A stretch of DNA of 63,360 nt, filler included, from Folioceros fuciformis (GCA_049999805.1; 14 parts of 14 records of this genome joined end to end with filler, not necessarily neighbours in it), one strand, 5' to 3'; shown: positions 49,681 through 63,261, numbered from the whole stretch's first letter. Translations and numbers: made by a program. The notes: generated from the letters alone by a model not told the origin.

Positions 49681-51250
49681 GAAATTTTGTCTCTCGGGTT
49701 TGAGGACTCCGTAGCTGGCTGCACTGAGTCTGACCAGGAGCACATGCAGGTCAGGCGATGCGGGGCGCTTGGTGTTCAGACAAGGACGAAGGAAGAGTAC
49801 GGGGTTCCGCGATCTCGGCACAGTTTTCTACTGTGGAGCTGTACTGCATCGGCGCGGGCAGTGCCCTCTCCAGTTGGCTGCCGGGTTGAGAGGGAAATGT
49901 GTGAAATGGAAGGGGGCAACAATGCTCTGCGTCGCTTTTTGGGAGGTGTCAACCATCAATCGTGCTCTGCGGTGCGGGGAGGCGGGAGTGGGATTTGAGA
50001 CGAGACGAACACCACTTGGCACGCAGGGAAAGTGGTAACCACTCGACTAGGCCCGAAAAGCGTGTAATGGAGTGGAAACTGGACCTTGGCCTACCCTGCC
50101 CTGGCCTGCTCTGCTTTGTTGACTCCAACGCGCCGGCCCCAATAAGGCAGGCGCCTTTTGTGTTCGGTACCATTAATGGGATCCGGTCCGACGGCCTAAA
50201 AACGGTGCCGGAGTTGCGGTGAAGTGCAGGCACGATGTGACGGTGGCCGGGATCGTCGGGGCCTGGTTCGAACCTCGGGGCGCGGGCTGGAGCCAGCCCG
50301 GGCCCCGGCCTCCGGTTCGAAGCGGACTAGGGTTCCGGGAAGGGACAACGGCTTCGCAGCCGCGGCCGGCAGCTGGGACGGGGACGACCGACGCATTGGA
50401 TCCAGCGGCTCGTGATCCTGCCGCGTGTGCTCCCGTGGGAGCGAGGTAACGAACAGCCGGCATCATCAATGTGCTTCTTTACGAAGCATCGCGTGGAAGC
50501 ATCTGATGCCGGAAGGCTGGAACTCTGTCAGGGCTATGAGTGAGGCCTGGCGTGGTTACTCGTTGCCGTGAGTGGTTACCCTAGCGAACTCGGCATCTTG
50601 GATGTGCATCGGCGTTGTCATGCTTGCCGTCCGCTAAAGAAAGGCGACGACGAATTGGACGCTGATATTTGTGTCAATCCTGTGCCAGCCGAGCGCGGTT
50701 AGGTTCTCCATTCCCGGCGCCAATCCGCAGGGAACATGTTGCAAAGATTGAAGTCGGCAGATGTAGCCAGCCAGGGCTGGCAGGGTTCCATACTGGATCG
50801 TGATGCGGTGAGCCTGACATCAACCAGAGCTTAACAGGGATTGAATCCGGACCAGTCGGATCTCGTGACTCTTCAACTTCGTATTATTACGGCAGCGTGT
50901 GAACCAGCAGAGGCATCCGCTAAACTGCCGAACAGATAGAGACAGATTTGGACTCGGAGTAAAAGCTCTGGCAGGTGCCATTGCTGTTTGGGATCCGTAT
51001 GCAGCGGAGGTTATGGTTGCTGTACCTTCCTTGGCAGGCCAGATGCGGCACCACAGCTGCTGACAGCCAAAATTATGTCACAGCTCATCAAAAATGTATC
51101 GTGCATAACTGTCCAGCCTGTTTTCTTAATCAAGACAGGTAAGTGGCCTAAGCTCAATTGAAAATGATATGACTATGATACACTATAGTGCACTCCTTGG
51201 AGTTTAGAGTCCACAGGTTTGGAGAGCAAAGGGGATGAAAATATCAATCT

Positions 51251-51490
51251 CATAGCTCATGAGTGACACAAACTTGTTCGTTCATAGCTCATTAGTGACA
51301 CAAACTTGTTCATAGCTCATCAGTGACACAAACTTATTCATAGCTCATTAGTGACACAAACTTGTTCATAGCTCATTAGTGACACAAACTTGTTCATAGC
51401 TCATCATCAGTGACACAAACTTGTTCATAGCTCATTAGTGACACAAACTTGTTGATGAGCTTTAGCTCGTCAGTGACACAAACTTGTTCC
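51251..51490. repeat. 28-bp tandem repeat (CATAGCTCATTAGTGACACAAACTTGTT), ~8 copies
   Basis: Visible directly; further short degenerate repeats follow at 51655-51780 and 51826-51925. Confidence 0.92.
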
Positions 51491-54400
51491 TAATCAAAAA
51501 AGAGCTATGCTCTAAGCTATACTTTGTTACCTGGTGTATATGAGCACCCTCTATATGGAAGAAACTCACACCCTCTAGCTAATATTGTAAATAGCATCTA
51601 TTTGGCAATGTGTTGTCCCTTGTGGTACAATGTATCAGGTAGCACATAAGCGGTTCGACAATGTGCCAATCTTTGTGGGACAATGTGTCAGATCGACAAT
51701 GTACCAATCTCTGTGTACCAATCTCTGTGGGACAATATGTCAGATAGACAATGTGCCAATCTATGTGGGACAATGTGTCATATGAGACTTACAGTAAGTC
51801 ATCCTAGAATTCTATGACTACATATAGAGAGAAAAAGCCAAAGGATGGACCAAGCCCAAGCAAAATCTAGGATTGCATGTAGCGAGAAAAAGCTAAAGGA
51901 TGGACCAAGACCATGCAAAATCTCATAGCAAATGCAAAAGTTATTGATATTATTCTACATGTATGAATAAAGGGTCAAGCTAAAAGCTAGATCTACCACC
52001 CTTTCTTAAAGAAGAGTGAGTAATTAAAAAAACTAGAGATGGATAAAGATACAAAGTGAAAGAGATTGGATAAGTCAAAGACNNNNNNNNNNNNNNNNNN
52101 NNNNNNNNNNNNNNNNNNNNNNNNNNNNNNNNNNNNNNNNNNNNNNNNNNNNNNNNNNNNNNNNNNNNNNNNNNNNNNNNNNTATATGAGAGAAGCTTGA
52201 AGACCCCGCATTCCAAGGAGCCTGTCGAAATCGCTTTTTGTAAACTACAAAAACAAATAGTGTTAACTGACCGTCGCTGACGAGTCGCGACTCTCACACT
52301 CCAGGCGTGCCACATGTGCAACAATGTTGTGCGAAAATCATTCAGGAGACGGTATTCTTTGATTGCTTTACACAGGCTGTCGTTACAAACACTGTACTGG
52401 GGCGGATACCGAGTGCCCATACCTGCCCACTGCACAGATGAGGTTGGCCACGGGAGATCCTAACCAGATCTGCGTGGTTGGAGCTGGTGCAGGATGTGCG
52501 ATGGCGGCTTCGTCTGTGCAGCTGGATTGCGCCAAACCAGAGGCGCAGCTCACCTCGCCGGAGCGGCTGATGCAGTGCCCGTGGAAGGTCTGTTCTGCGG
52601 GAGGTATTGCAGCGTCCAAGTGATCGTTGGATGTACGGCGGCGGATTTTTCTGGCTGTGAAGGGGGAAGGAAGAGTACGCATTGGATAGTCTGGATTGAG
52701 TGGACGATGAAGAAGGATGGAGGGGAGGAGGATGAAGGAGAGGAGTTGGAGCGCATGCATGAATGGATGCACAACACGCTTGCTGCTGGATCGGGTGCAG
52801 GAGTCGTGCACGTACGAGCTTTCAGTGGAATCCAAACTGCTTGAGGAGATTGAGCGGGACAAAGTAGCTCATGCAGCTGCACACGGTCAGGAGGACCGGC
52901 GGCAGTGAGACGCTTGGTAAGGATCAAGCAAAGGCAGGTTTGTGGTAGGGCTTGGGACGCATGGTAGGACAACAATGCACGATGTGTGTGGTAAGAGACA
53001 TAGCGACTGAGATGCTGTTGCCCTGTATGGAGTTAGCGAGCCACCCCCTGGATGGACGGATTCGTGGTTAAGGTGAACGATTTGTCTCAGAAAAGGTACG
53101 TGGAGAGGGATCTGCGTACAGATCTTCGAGTTGTTTCATGGCTTCTGCACATCTTCCTAGGAGACGACAACAAAAGAAAATGGAGCAGGGACTGCATTTC
53201 TCACTTTTGCTAGAGAGAGGCGTGCAAGTAAGGGGTACAGAAACTGTGGTCTGGCTATCTTTTTTGGCTGTAAAGGTTATACCAAATGTCAAGCGGACTA
53301 ACTTCCATGCTTTCGTCATTGTATCAGTTTCGTGACCTTCCATGCTTGCTTGATTGTACCAGTTTCGTGAGAGATTTGGGGGGTGCGGAGAAGGTAAGTT
53401 TGTGTAATCAATCAGCCCAGAAAAAGGGTGACGCCATAATTGATGTCATCATCCGCGGAAGATGATGTATGACACGGCGGCTGCTGCTTCAGGAGTGCAC
53501 CCCAGCATGCTCTTTCTAGGATAGGTGATAGCCTTGCCACCAACATGGAAAAAAGATACAGTGTGGTAGTAGAGACTGCACAGAAAAAAGAAGTAGCGTA
53601 GTATTAGGGAGTGTAGTCGGTACCGAGAAGAAGCAGATTGGTGTGAAGCGGGGTGCAATGGGAGCAGGGTCCCACCACAAGACACGCTCCAGGCGTGGTG
53701 ACAGCACTCCACGGCTTGGACGGGTGCGGAAACCATCTTGTGATTCTTACCTTCCCCATGTGGTAGAGGAGTGGAAATGACCAAGATGTCAAGCGGAAAC
53801 ATGAACCGCTTTCATATGAAGTTTCAATGTTGGGAAGGGATTTTGGCAGGAGGAAATTGTTGGAGAGTGAAGGCGAAGACAGGACAGTACACATTATATC
53901 ACAGTCTGCATGTGTGCTGCATGCCAGGGGAAGGTGGGAAGCATTCAAGACTGCTCGCAAGGTGCTTTCCAGACGAACTTCATCATACTTCAGGTACACT
54001 TTCTGTCGCTGCCATCGCTACACCCCGAGAAGTCCTGCTACTGGTGGTGAGGACGCGCCTTATTAAGGAAGACTCTGCGGGTGTAAAAGAGAGTTAGGCG
54101 TGTTTGTATATCTACACCGCTCTTTGTGTGGCGTGAGGGAATAGGAGAATAAAGTGCGACGTCGTACAATTGGCCTGGCACGTAAGAATCATACCAACTG
54201 TTAAGCCAATTTACGTTACAAACGAGAAACGGCATCTCCAGCAAAAAGAAAAGAGCATTCTTAAGAGAAACGACACCCTGATTGTTCTTCTTCATGCCGG
54301 GCATGAAGAGCTCTCGTCCAACACACACAATCGGATCTAGATGTGGTCTCACGTTGATCCAAGTTATGGATTCTTCACAGGGAAGAACCCCCCACTGTGA

Positions 54401-54654
54401 TACACTCTCCTCACTTCCCGGCAATACAACCTTCATCTACGGCTAGTGCAAGACCCGGTGACGATCCCATTCTGCCATCGCCGGCCTTTGCTACCCTCCA
54501 CAAGCGAGCTTGCAAGCACAGGGGCTTGCCCTCCAACCCGACTCCTACAACACTCTCCTCTCGCGAGATCCCTGATATGGTATAACTACAACGAAATAAT
54601 GCACTCATGCATCAAGGTAAAGGACAGAAGCAACAGGGACTCCACAGGCAGCGC

Positions 54655-55059
54655 TCAAGTGAGCCTGCAGGAGGAGTCATCCAAGTCCATGAAATCCGCC
54701 AGCTCTTCTTGCAGAGCATCGTCCAGCAGGTCCAGCGCCTGGGACAGGAGGGTGGGGCTGGTCCTGATCATGAGCACGCAGAATTCCTGCTCGTTGAGCG
54801 CGCCGTCCCCGTCCGTATCCCCCTCCTGAATCATAGTCTTGAGCTCCGCATCCGTCATTCCCTCCAGCCCCAGCCATCTGGCGTTCTTCTTGAGGCTGGA
54901 GGAGGTAATAGTCCCGGAGCGAGGATCCGCCAGCAGGCGGAAGCCGTTGGAGAGCTCTTCCAAGAACTCCTGCTCAGTAAGCTTCTGCGCCATGATGGGC
55001 AGGAAGTCTTGAAACTCCTCCGTTTCGGCGTACTTCTTACCGTCCCCGCCGGCACCCAT
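54655..55059 (-). CDS. KIC: KIC/PBP1/KRP1-family single-EF-hand Ca2+-binding protein (134 aa, intronless CDS)
   Basis: EFQDFLPIMAQKL...FLEELSNGFRLLADPRSGTITSSSLKKNARWLGLEGMTDAELKTMIQEGDTDGDGALNEQEFCVLMIRTSP carries the family signature and the EF loop DTDGDGALNEQE. Confidence 0.9.
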   Translation of the reverse strand: MGAGGDGKKYAETEEFQDFLPIMAQKLTEQEFLEELSNGFRLLADPRSGTITSSSLKKNARWLGLEGMTDAELKTMIQEGDTDGDGALNEQEFCVLMIRTSPTLLSQALDLLDDALQEELADFMDLDDSSCRLT

Positions 55060-56308
55060 GCTGGACTCCCGCAGTCGCAGATTGGCGCTCACCTTCCCTT
55101 CGGAGCTCTCCCAAGCTCAATTTCACTTTCTCCCCCGGCTCAAATTCCGTAGCAAAACATCTGCCGAACCTTACTCCTCCCTCGCCCCTCGCTCGCTGCC
55201 TCTCCTTCTCTCAATTCATGAGGCTCAGTCTGCTCTGCTCCTCTCAGTTCATGAAACTCAGTCTTAGCCGCACCAGGCCGTGTCCCAGCAGGCAAGGTCT
55301 CCTGCAATACCTTACCATCAAAGCCCGCCAACAACAACAACAACAGGAGCTGCTGCCGCTGGGCCGGAAAAGTACAAAGCCGCTCACGTTCACTCACACC
55401 AAGTGATTGCCTGCCCGAACTCTACTTCGGCCCCGAGAGCTTATAACAGAGCCCGGGACGCGCAGGAAGGAAGAAGACGAGGGAGCAAGCAGCGGAACGG
55501 AAGGAACCCAAAGCCGAGGGAGGCAACCGACATGCACAGCGGCGGGAGGCGTGGGAGGAAGGAGAGGGAGGACGGTAGAAGACGGGAAGGAAGGAACGAA
55601 CGCCAATCCCGCCAGCCTAGGCCAGTCGAGGCCAGAAGTGGAGGAGGGAAAACGGAAAGCCAACGGAAGCCAGGAGAGAGTGAAATTCCTCTTTCCCCGA
55701 TCTCTCGCTACAGGGAGCAAGAGAGAGTGTGACGCAGGCAGGCTATAATGGGCCTTTCAGAAGGCGGCGGGCGGGGCGTCCTTCGTCGCGAAGAAGCTCG
55801 ATTTTCTTCATCTCTCCTTCCTGGAACCTGGAATGTAGAAATCCAGAACAACAAAACCCAGTCTCCCCGCCATGTGCCCGGGTTGCCTATATTTGCCCAC
55901 GATGACCCCCAGCTCCACCGGGGGCTGTGAGCTGCATCACGGGCATGGAAAGCATGGAATCGGGTGAATCACACGAATTTTGTACGCAGTTTCCAACACT
56001 TCACTTTGGGAATGCTGCGTTTGACCCATATGCTTGATGCCCTCTTTCCCTGGCCCCCAAATCAAATCCCATATCAAATAAAATTTCTGCAAAAAAGAAG
56101 GAAAGGAAATGTAAGAACTTTGGTGACACATGTGAAGAGATGCAAAGCCGGACATGGATACATGTATAATATACATGCAAGATGCACACTTACCTTGCAA
56201 AGTGGGGCNNNNNNNNNNNNNNNNNNNNNNNNNNNNNNNNNNNNNNNNNNNNTTAATTAATTAANNNNNNNNNNNNNNNNNNNNNNNNNNNNNNNNNNNN
56301 NNNNNNNN

Positions 56309-57495
56309 CCTGCAAATTCCACCCTACAGCTTGTGGGTGAGGCCAGGTGCATAAATCGGTCCTATAAGCGGCGGCGCCCCCTCCTATAGAAGATCTGGTC
56401 CAAATTTGGGGAGATTCTGGCCAAGATTTGTTGAGATTGTGTCCCCAATCCTGCATATCTGCAAAAATCTTTCGATGGGAGCAATTTGATTGTGGTCTCA
56501 TCTGGAAGGGGTTGTGTGGCAGGGGGCGAGCTCTCCGTGGGCAGAGGCACGAGGTTGAGGGATGCCCCAGGGACAAGGTCGTCCTCGGAGAATCCGTGGA
56601 AAAAACAATTCTCCTTGAAACCAGAGGCAGTGGTGTAGATGCACCGGTGACAAGGGCGCCTAGGCTGTGCTGTTCCTGTCTCCTTGGTCTGGGACGGCGG
56701 TGGCTCACAGCCGGAAGTCTGGAGCGAGCCCAATGGCGCACCAGGTTCTGATTCTGTGNNNNNNNNNNNNNNNNNNNNNNNNNNNNNNNNNNNNNNNNNN
56801 NNNNNNNNNNNNNNNNNNNNNNNNNNNNNNNNNNNNNNNNNNNNNNNNNNNNNNNNNNCCACGTGGGGGCGCCCTTCCACGAACGCGGGCGCCCCCTGAC
56901 CATGGGTGCGCCCCTTCACACACGGGCGCCTGCCTGGTGTGGGTGCGCCCCCTTGCAGGCGCATGCGCCTCCTCGTCGCGGGGGCGCCCCTCCGCAGCAC
57001 GCTGAAGCGCGTTAGCGGGCTGTGCCTCAATGGTGTGAAACAAATCCCTGCAAATTCCACCCTACAACTTGTGGGTGAGGCCAGATGCATAAATCGGTCC
57101 TATGAGTGGTGACGCCCCCTCCTGTAGAGGATCTGGTCCAAATTTTGGGAGATTCTGGCCAAGATTTGTTGAGATTGTGTCCCCAATCCTGCATATCTGC
57201 AAAAATCTTTCGATGGGAGCAATTTGATTGTGGTCTCATCTGGAAGGGGTTGTGTGGCAGGGGGCAAGCTCTCCGTGGGCAGAGGCACGAGGTTGAGGGA
57301 TGCCTCGGGGACAAGGTCGTCCTCGGAGAATCCATGGAAAAAACAATTCTCCTTGAAGCCAGAGGCAGTGGTGCAGATGCATCGGCGACAAGGGCGCCTA
57401 GGCTGTGCTGTTCCTGTCTCCTTGGTCTGGGGCGGCAGTGGCTTACAGCCGGGAGTCGGGAGCGAGCCCAATGCGCACCAGGTTCTGATTCTATG
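56309..57495. repeat. Two diverged copies of a ~450-bp sequence (56309-56758 and 57047-~57495), unidentified repeat family
   Basis: Colinear copies with scattered substitutions on either side of a gap. Confidence 0.85.
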
Positions 57496-57892
57496 AGAAT
57501 TTGGTGGTTGACCTGGGAGCCATGGAAGGGAGCGGAGGGGGGAGGCGATGCACGTTGCGGCTCGTGTCAAGGTGGGCGAGAGGGAGAGGCATTGTGCCTC
57601 CCCCCTTTCTGGCTTTTATTTGCATGGTGACTTGTAACTCTTCATATCCGCACAAAGGTATATTAAACCGCGAGGTACGGATGACATAGCTTAAGGTCTA
57701 TCATAACTCCAAAGGTAAGAGCTTGTTCTAGACCCCCTATCTTTTGTTTATATTGTTGCGGAGGCCTAAGTGCGGGGAGCCTGTTCTAGAACNNNNNNNN
57801 NNNNNNNNNNNNNNNNNNNNNNNNNNNNNNNNNNNNTTAATTAATTAANNNNNNNNNNNNNNNNNNNNNNNNNNNNNNNNNNNNNNNNNNNN

Positions 57893-59140
57893 CCGCAACA
57901 ACAACCAATAAAGAGTTTTAGTGGTGGACACTGTCACATTGCCCGCAACAACAACCAATAAAGAGTTTTAGTGGTGGACACTGTCACATCACGTCTTTGG
58001 ACTCATTCTCATCTGGACTCATTCTCATCTGATTTAGCACGAAACCTCTCCTTCACACAACAATGCACAAGTTTTCTCTACCATCATTGGATGTCTTCAT
58101 CACTTGAATCAAGTGATGAAGCACGAGAAAGGAACGTTTCGTGCTTTTCATGTCTTCATCTCCAACTATGCTCAGAGTCATGCATCATAATGATGAGTAA
58201 GGTGTGCATCTAAGTGTTTCCAGCACCATATCCACACCTTTGAGTTTTGCGTTCGTTCTTTTTAGTTAGCCAAACGAATGACATGTCAACTTTTGCTCCC
58301 ACAATTTCATGCCACTTTTGCTCCCACAATTTCATGCCATCTGTCTTTAGTTTCGTCTCTCTTATGTGTAAACATCCACCTTTCGAAAACATTATCGTCA
58401 ACTTATATCCACATGTTTTCAATCGCACCAACAACTTTCGCCATCGCGATGAGATTTCACTTGGGTTTGTCTCTCTCTACATGCAATTGTGGGGTTGCCA
58501 TTGTCAACATAGGATCTCATTTGGCACATTCTCGTCAGGGGCTCCACATTGCCACCCATGATGTAGTTTGGGATGTCATGTTTACAATGGCTAGACAGTG
58601 TAGGGTTCCATACAAGGAACGTCCATATACTTTGTGCAATGCTTCCGTATAGGGAATGTCCATATACTTTGTGCAATGAGTTTTCACATAGAGCTAACCT
58701 TTTTTTCACTAGGGGGGAACAAGCTCGTGTCGTTGATGTAGTTGTTATGGATTCCAATAGGGAGTTAATTTGCAAGCATGTTGTCATCAACTCCCTTAGA
58801 TGGGTGGAGAAGGTTGTGCAAGTGCCAAAGTCCATAAGTATTCTTCCTTGCAAACGGGCATATTTTTATCCCCCTTGCTCTTGAGACTCATAGAGTCATG
58901 GGCAAGGATTTCAAGGTTCATTAAGCAGTGCCGCTAAGCTTATGAGAGTTATAGGAATAGTTTATCCTCTTTCCTCTATGTTGGCCTTCTTTTAATGAAC
59001 AACGCGTATTGGCCAATACNNNNNNNNNNACAACGCGTATTGGCCAATACCTCTATGTTGGCCTTCTTTTAATGAACAATGCGTAGTGGCCAATACCTCT
59101 ATGTTGGCCTTCTTTTAATTAACAACGCCTATTGGCCAAT
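57893..59140. mobile_element. Highly degenerate repeat or transposon-like sequence with several local duplications
   Basis: Local duplications at 57893-57990, 58290-58340, 58605-58680 and 58975-59140, and only broken ORFs. Confidence 0.35.
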
Positions 59141-59299
59141 ACAATTTTAGAGTAGCAATAAGCCTAGGTGATGTGACTTCTTCTATACTTGTGGTAAGCA
59201 TGGTTATTCCATATCATGACACTTTTTGAGGGTAGATATTTGAGAATGATATTCGAAGGAGCTAGTATTGTTTGGCCTTTGGTCTTTCGGGTTATTCAT

Positions 59300-59645
59300 C
59301 AATCTATGGAGTAGATGGGATTTTCTATTTCTTTTTCAAAAAAATAAAATAATCCTTAAAAAAAAAACCTATCCAAATAATAAATGTAATATAAAAAATA
59401 AATAAATTATTTATCCAATTTATGGAGTAGATGGGATTTTCTATTTTTTTTCAAAAAATACATCCCTAAAACAAATATACCTATCCAAATAATAAATGTA
59501 GTATAAAAAATAAATGAATTATTCATCTAATTTATGGAGTAAATAAGATTTTCTATTTATTTTTTGAAAAAAAGAAAATAATTCCTAAAAAACCAATATA
59601 CCTATCCAAATAATAAATGCAGTATAAAAAATAAATTAATTAAAG
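59300..59645. repeat. AT-rich ~115-120-bp tandem repeat, ~3 copies
   Basis: Recurring TATGGAGTAGATGGGATTTTCTATT...CCTATCCAAATAATAAATG. Confidence 0.85.
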
Positions 59646-60959
59646 GAGCTAAAATATTATAACATTCGCAGGCCATTGGCCCAGCGATTACCGCGATAGA
59701 CGTGAGGCACGCGGCTGAAGGTAAAGATAGCCTGGCCAGCCGCGGGGCCCGCCATCTCCATGGGATGGTGAGCCATGACCTACCGCTCTCCATCTCTCCT
59801 CTCTCCTATACCTATGGAGTTGTCCCTTGAATNNNNNNNNNNNNNNNNNNNNNNNNNNNNNNNNNNNNNNNNNNNNTTAATTAATTAANNNNNNNNNNNN
59901 NNNNNNNNNNNNNNNNNNNNNNNNNNNNNNNNATTCAATACCTAATAAAATTTATAGATTCATAAAATAATAGAGATTAAAAAAACTTACTAATGTTCCC
60001 ATAAGTTTGTTACACTTTTGCATCTTCATTTCCCATTTCCTTTGTTTATCTCGCAAGTTTGTTGTACGAAGAAACATGCATAGATGATGGCAAAGAGCCT
60101 TTCCTATCTTAGGAATGAATTTATTAACCCTTGGAGGTGGGCTGGAAGTGTCATTTGAACAATCTTCATGAAAATGGCCCTCTAGCATATTGAGCCCACA
60201 TGCATATTCCACGCACATTATATTAAGCACAACATAAATGAATTGATCTTCGAAGTCTTGAGACCCAATTTCATAATCATTTTGTTTTGGTGCATGAAGA
60301 TATTCTAAGAAGTGATCTACACAGTCGACCTACATGCAAGTAGAACACAAGAGCTTATTAAGAACAAGTAATTCATCCATTTTAACTCCATTATTATGTT
60401 CTCACTCTTATTATGTTACAAANNNNNNNNNNNNNNNNNNNNNNNNNNNNNNNNNNNNNNNNNNNNNNNNNNNNNNNNNNNNNNNNNNNNNNNNNNNNNN
60501 NNNNNNNNNNNNNNNNNNNNNNCTTATTATGTTACAAAACAGGGTAACTCACCAATTTTAACATGGCTTGTTTTCGTCCAAACTTTACATCTCCATCTTT
60601 TGCAACTTGCTCGCGTATTAAGTTTTGCAACATCGAAACAAATTCTCCAAAGGTTGGAATCATCATGATGGTATAACAACGACAATAGGCAAGTCTTAAA
60701 AAGGACGAATGGTTCTTTCAACCTTGAGCGCGTTTGGTTGGTAGGTAGATTTTTTTCTTCTAGACCTTATCTCATAATTAATCAATTAATCTTGTCTCAG
60801 ACATATATAGAGATGACTCTTCTTGTATGAATCTCGGAATTGTGATATTTAAATTTCAAGTATAAAATTTAGTGAAAGTAAAGTTGATATTATGTCTTTA
60901 AAAAAAGAATATCGAACATATTCAGAGAGATGTCACGGGATTCAAAAATGCACATATTA

Positions 60960-61830
60960 TTGATTATTTGTTGATTCATCAAAGGCCAAGGAAGATAAAC
61001 AATGGTGTAAGATATCCTGAGGTTGTCCGCAATGATCCACCAAAAGGCAAGGACAACAACCAAGGGTATAAAATATTCTAGATTGCTTGCAATCATTCAC
61101 CAAAGGTCAAGGATGACTTGCAAGAATTCACCAAATGCCAAGGACAACAAAGAGTAGTATGACATAATATTCTAGTTTGGTTGCAAGCTTTCACCAAAGG
61201 CCAATTACAACAAAGAGTAGTATAACTTGATATTCTAGTTTGGTTGCAAGATCTCACCAAAGGCCAAGGACTAGAAACAGTAACATAAGGTTTTTTAAAT
61301 TGCTTGGAAGCATTGACGAAAGGCTTAGGATAACAAGTAGTCTTATGAGATATTTCAGATTATTTTCAAGGCTTAAGGCCAAGAACAACAAGTAGTCATA
61401 TGGCACTCTAGCTTGCTTGTAAGCATTCTCTAAGGGGCAAGGACAACAATTTGTAAGCATTCTCCAAGGGATAAGGACAACAATTAGTCGTTTGGGATGT
61501 TCTGGGTTGCTTGCAAGCATCTACCAAAGCCCGAGATGAAACACAATCAAACCTAGAAGAATTTTTGGCTTGATATTAAGTATCCACCAAAGGGGAGGAT
61601 TGCGAAAGATATTAAAAGCTTGTTTGAAAGCTTCCACCGAAGGCTCATTATAAAAACAACAAGTAGCCTTATAAGCTATTCTAGTTTGGTTGCAAGCATC
61701 CACCAAAGGCCATACACTATGTGCAGTGTATTGGCGTGAGATATTCTAGTTTGCTTGCTAAGGAGGAAGAATGGAATGCTATGCGTAGTGTATTGGTATG
61801 AGATATTCTACTTTGCTTGCTAAGGAGCAA
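60960..61830. repeat. Old, diverged ~60-bp satellite
   Basis: Recurring TATTCTAGTTTGGTTGCAAGCATyCACCAAAGGCCAAGGACAAC motif, more than 10 degenerate units. Confidence 0.8.
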
Positions 61831-62469
61831 TGGAAATACTACTCTTGGACTAAGCTCGAGCTACACAAAGGGTGCACATTATAGCAGAATGAGGTTGGGA
61901 GGTATAGGATGCCCCCAATGTTTTGAGAGTTTGGAGGAGGAGGGCTATTACAAACCCCTCTCTATGCAAGTTGAAATTGGGTGGGATCGATCTTTCTTCT
62001 AAAAGATTTGTTTTTAGGGGTGGGATCTATCTTTCTTCTCAAAGAATTGATCTTAGTGCCAAGCTACTCGGGGAATGCTTTGCTTATGCTAGTTGGTGGC
62101 AACGTGACGTCCTACATAATACTTCAAAAAGTCCCTTTTCCAACACCTTATAAGTAAGGCCCCCTTCTTTACGCAGCGTAAAAGGAAGCAATGACCCCGA
62201 ATCTCGTTTATTCACTCCGCAATGCTCCACTTACAAATCACTCAAGTCCCTCTCCAAGTAGCCTGCCGACTCGCAAACCACCTCCTCTAGGTGTTGCTCT
62301 TTATTCAAGATACATACAAAAGAGTCAGACAATCTACGCCCACCTCCTCTAGGTGTTGCTCTTTATTCAAGATACATACAAAAGAGTCATACAATCTACG
62401 CCCACTAGTTACTGCCCTTGACTCAATCTGACAAGCTTGCTCTTCAAGCCCTCTACAGCTATCTCTCAA

Positions 62470-62717
62470 CACTAGACTTCTCACCCTTCTCAAGGCCTCA
62501 GCATTGGCCTATTTATACTCTACAACTAAGGCACTAGACTTCTCACCCTTCTCAAGGCCTTAGCATTGGCCTATTTATACTGTACAACTAAGGCACTAGA
62601 CTTCTCACCCTTCTCAAGGCCTTAGCATTGGCCTATTTATACTCTACAACTAAGCCACTAGACTTCTCACCCTTCTCAAGGCCTTAACATTGGCCTATTT
62701 ATACTCCACAACTAAGC
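62470..62717. repeat. 62-bp tandem repeat x4, each with a minus-strand TATA motif (GTATAAATAGG), in LTR-like sequence
   Basis: Units start at 62470, 62532, 62594 and 62656. A ~62-bp duplication precedes them at 62278-62402. Confidence 0.9.
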
Positions 62718-63134
62718 CACTGCTAAAGCTAGGAATCATTCACACCACTGCTAAAGCTGGGAATCATTCAGACCACTGCTAAAGCTGGGAAACATTCACA
62801 CCACTGCTAAAGCTGGGAATCATACACACCACCGCTAAAGCTGGGAATCATACACACCACCGCTAAAGCTGGGAATCATACATACCACCGCTAAAGCGGA
62901 AATCATACACACCACGGCTAAAGTTGGGAATCATACACACCACTGCTAAAGCTGGGAATCATACACACCACTGCTAAAGCTGGGAATCATACACACCACC
63001 GCTAAAGCTGGGAATCATACACACCACCGCTAAAGCTGGAATCATACACACCACGGCTAAAGTTGGGAATCATACACACCACGGCTAAAGTTGGGAATCA
63101 TACACACCATTGCTGAAGCTGGGAATCATACACA
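62717..63134. repeat. 28-bp tandem repeat (CCACTGCTAAAGCTGGGAATCATACACA), ~15 copies
   Basis: Visible directly; contiguous units with no spacers. Confidence 0.95.
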
Positions 63135-63261
63135 GAACACAGATCTAGTTTTACTAAGAACTAGATCTTATTTCCAAAGGTAGCAAGAAGCAAGTAGCAT
63201 ATTTTTCTTGATGTCTACTTTTAACTTTCATCTTATTTCACTTATAAGCCCTTTTCTTAAC

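Noticed and set aside
50215..50330. GGTTCGAACC B-box-like motifs suggesting a tRNA or SINE
   Set aside because: No A-box/D-arm, anticodon arm or acceptor stem could be folded.
52383..52975. Overlapping 116-159 aa ORFs, one with a hydrophobic start (MHALQLLSFILLPSILL)
   Set aside because: No recognisable domain, peptide-hormone motif or splice structure, and I recognised no conserved miRNA there.
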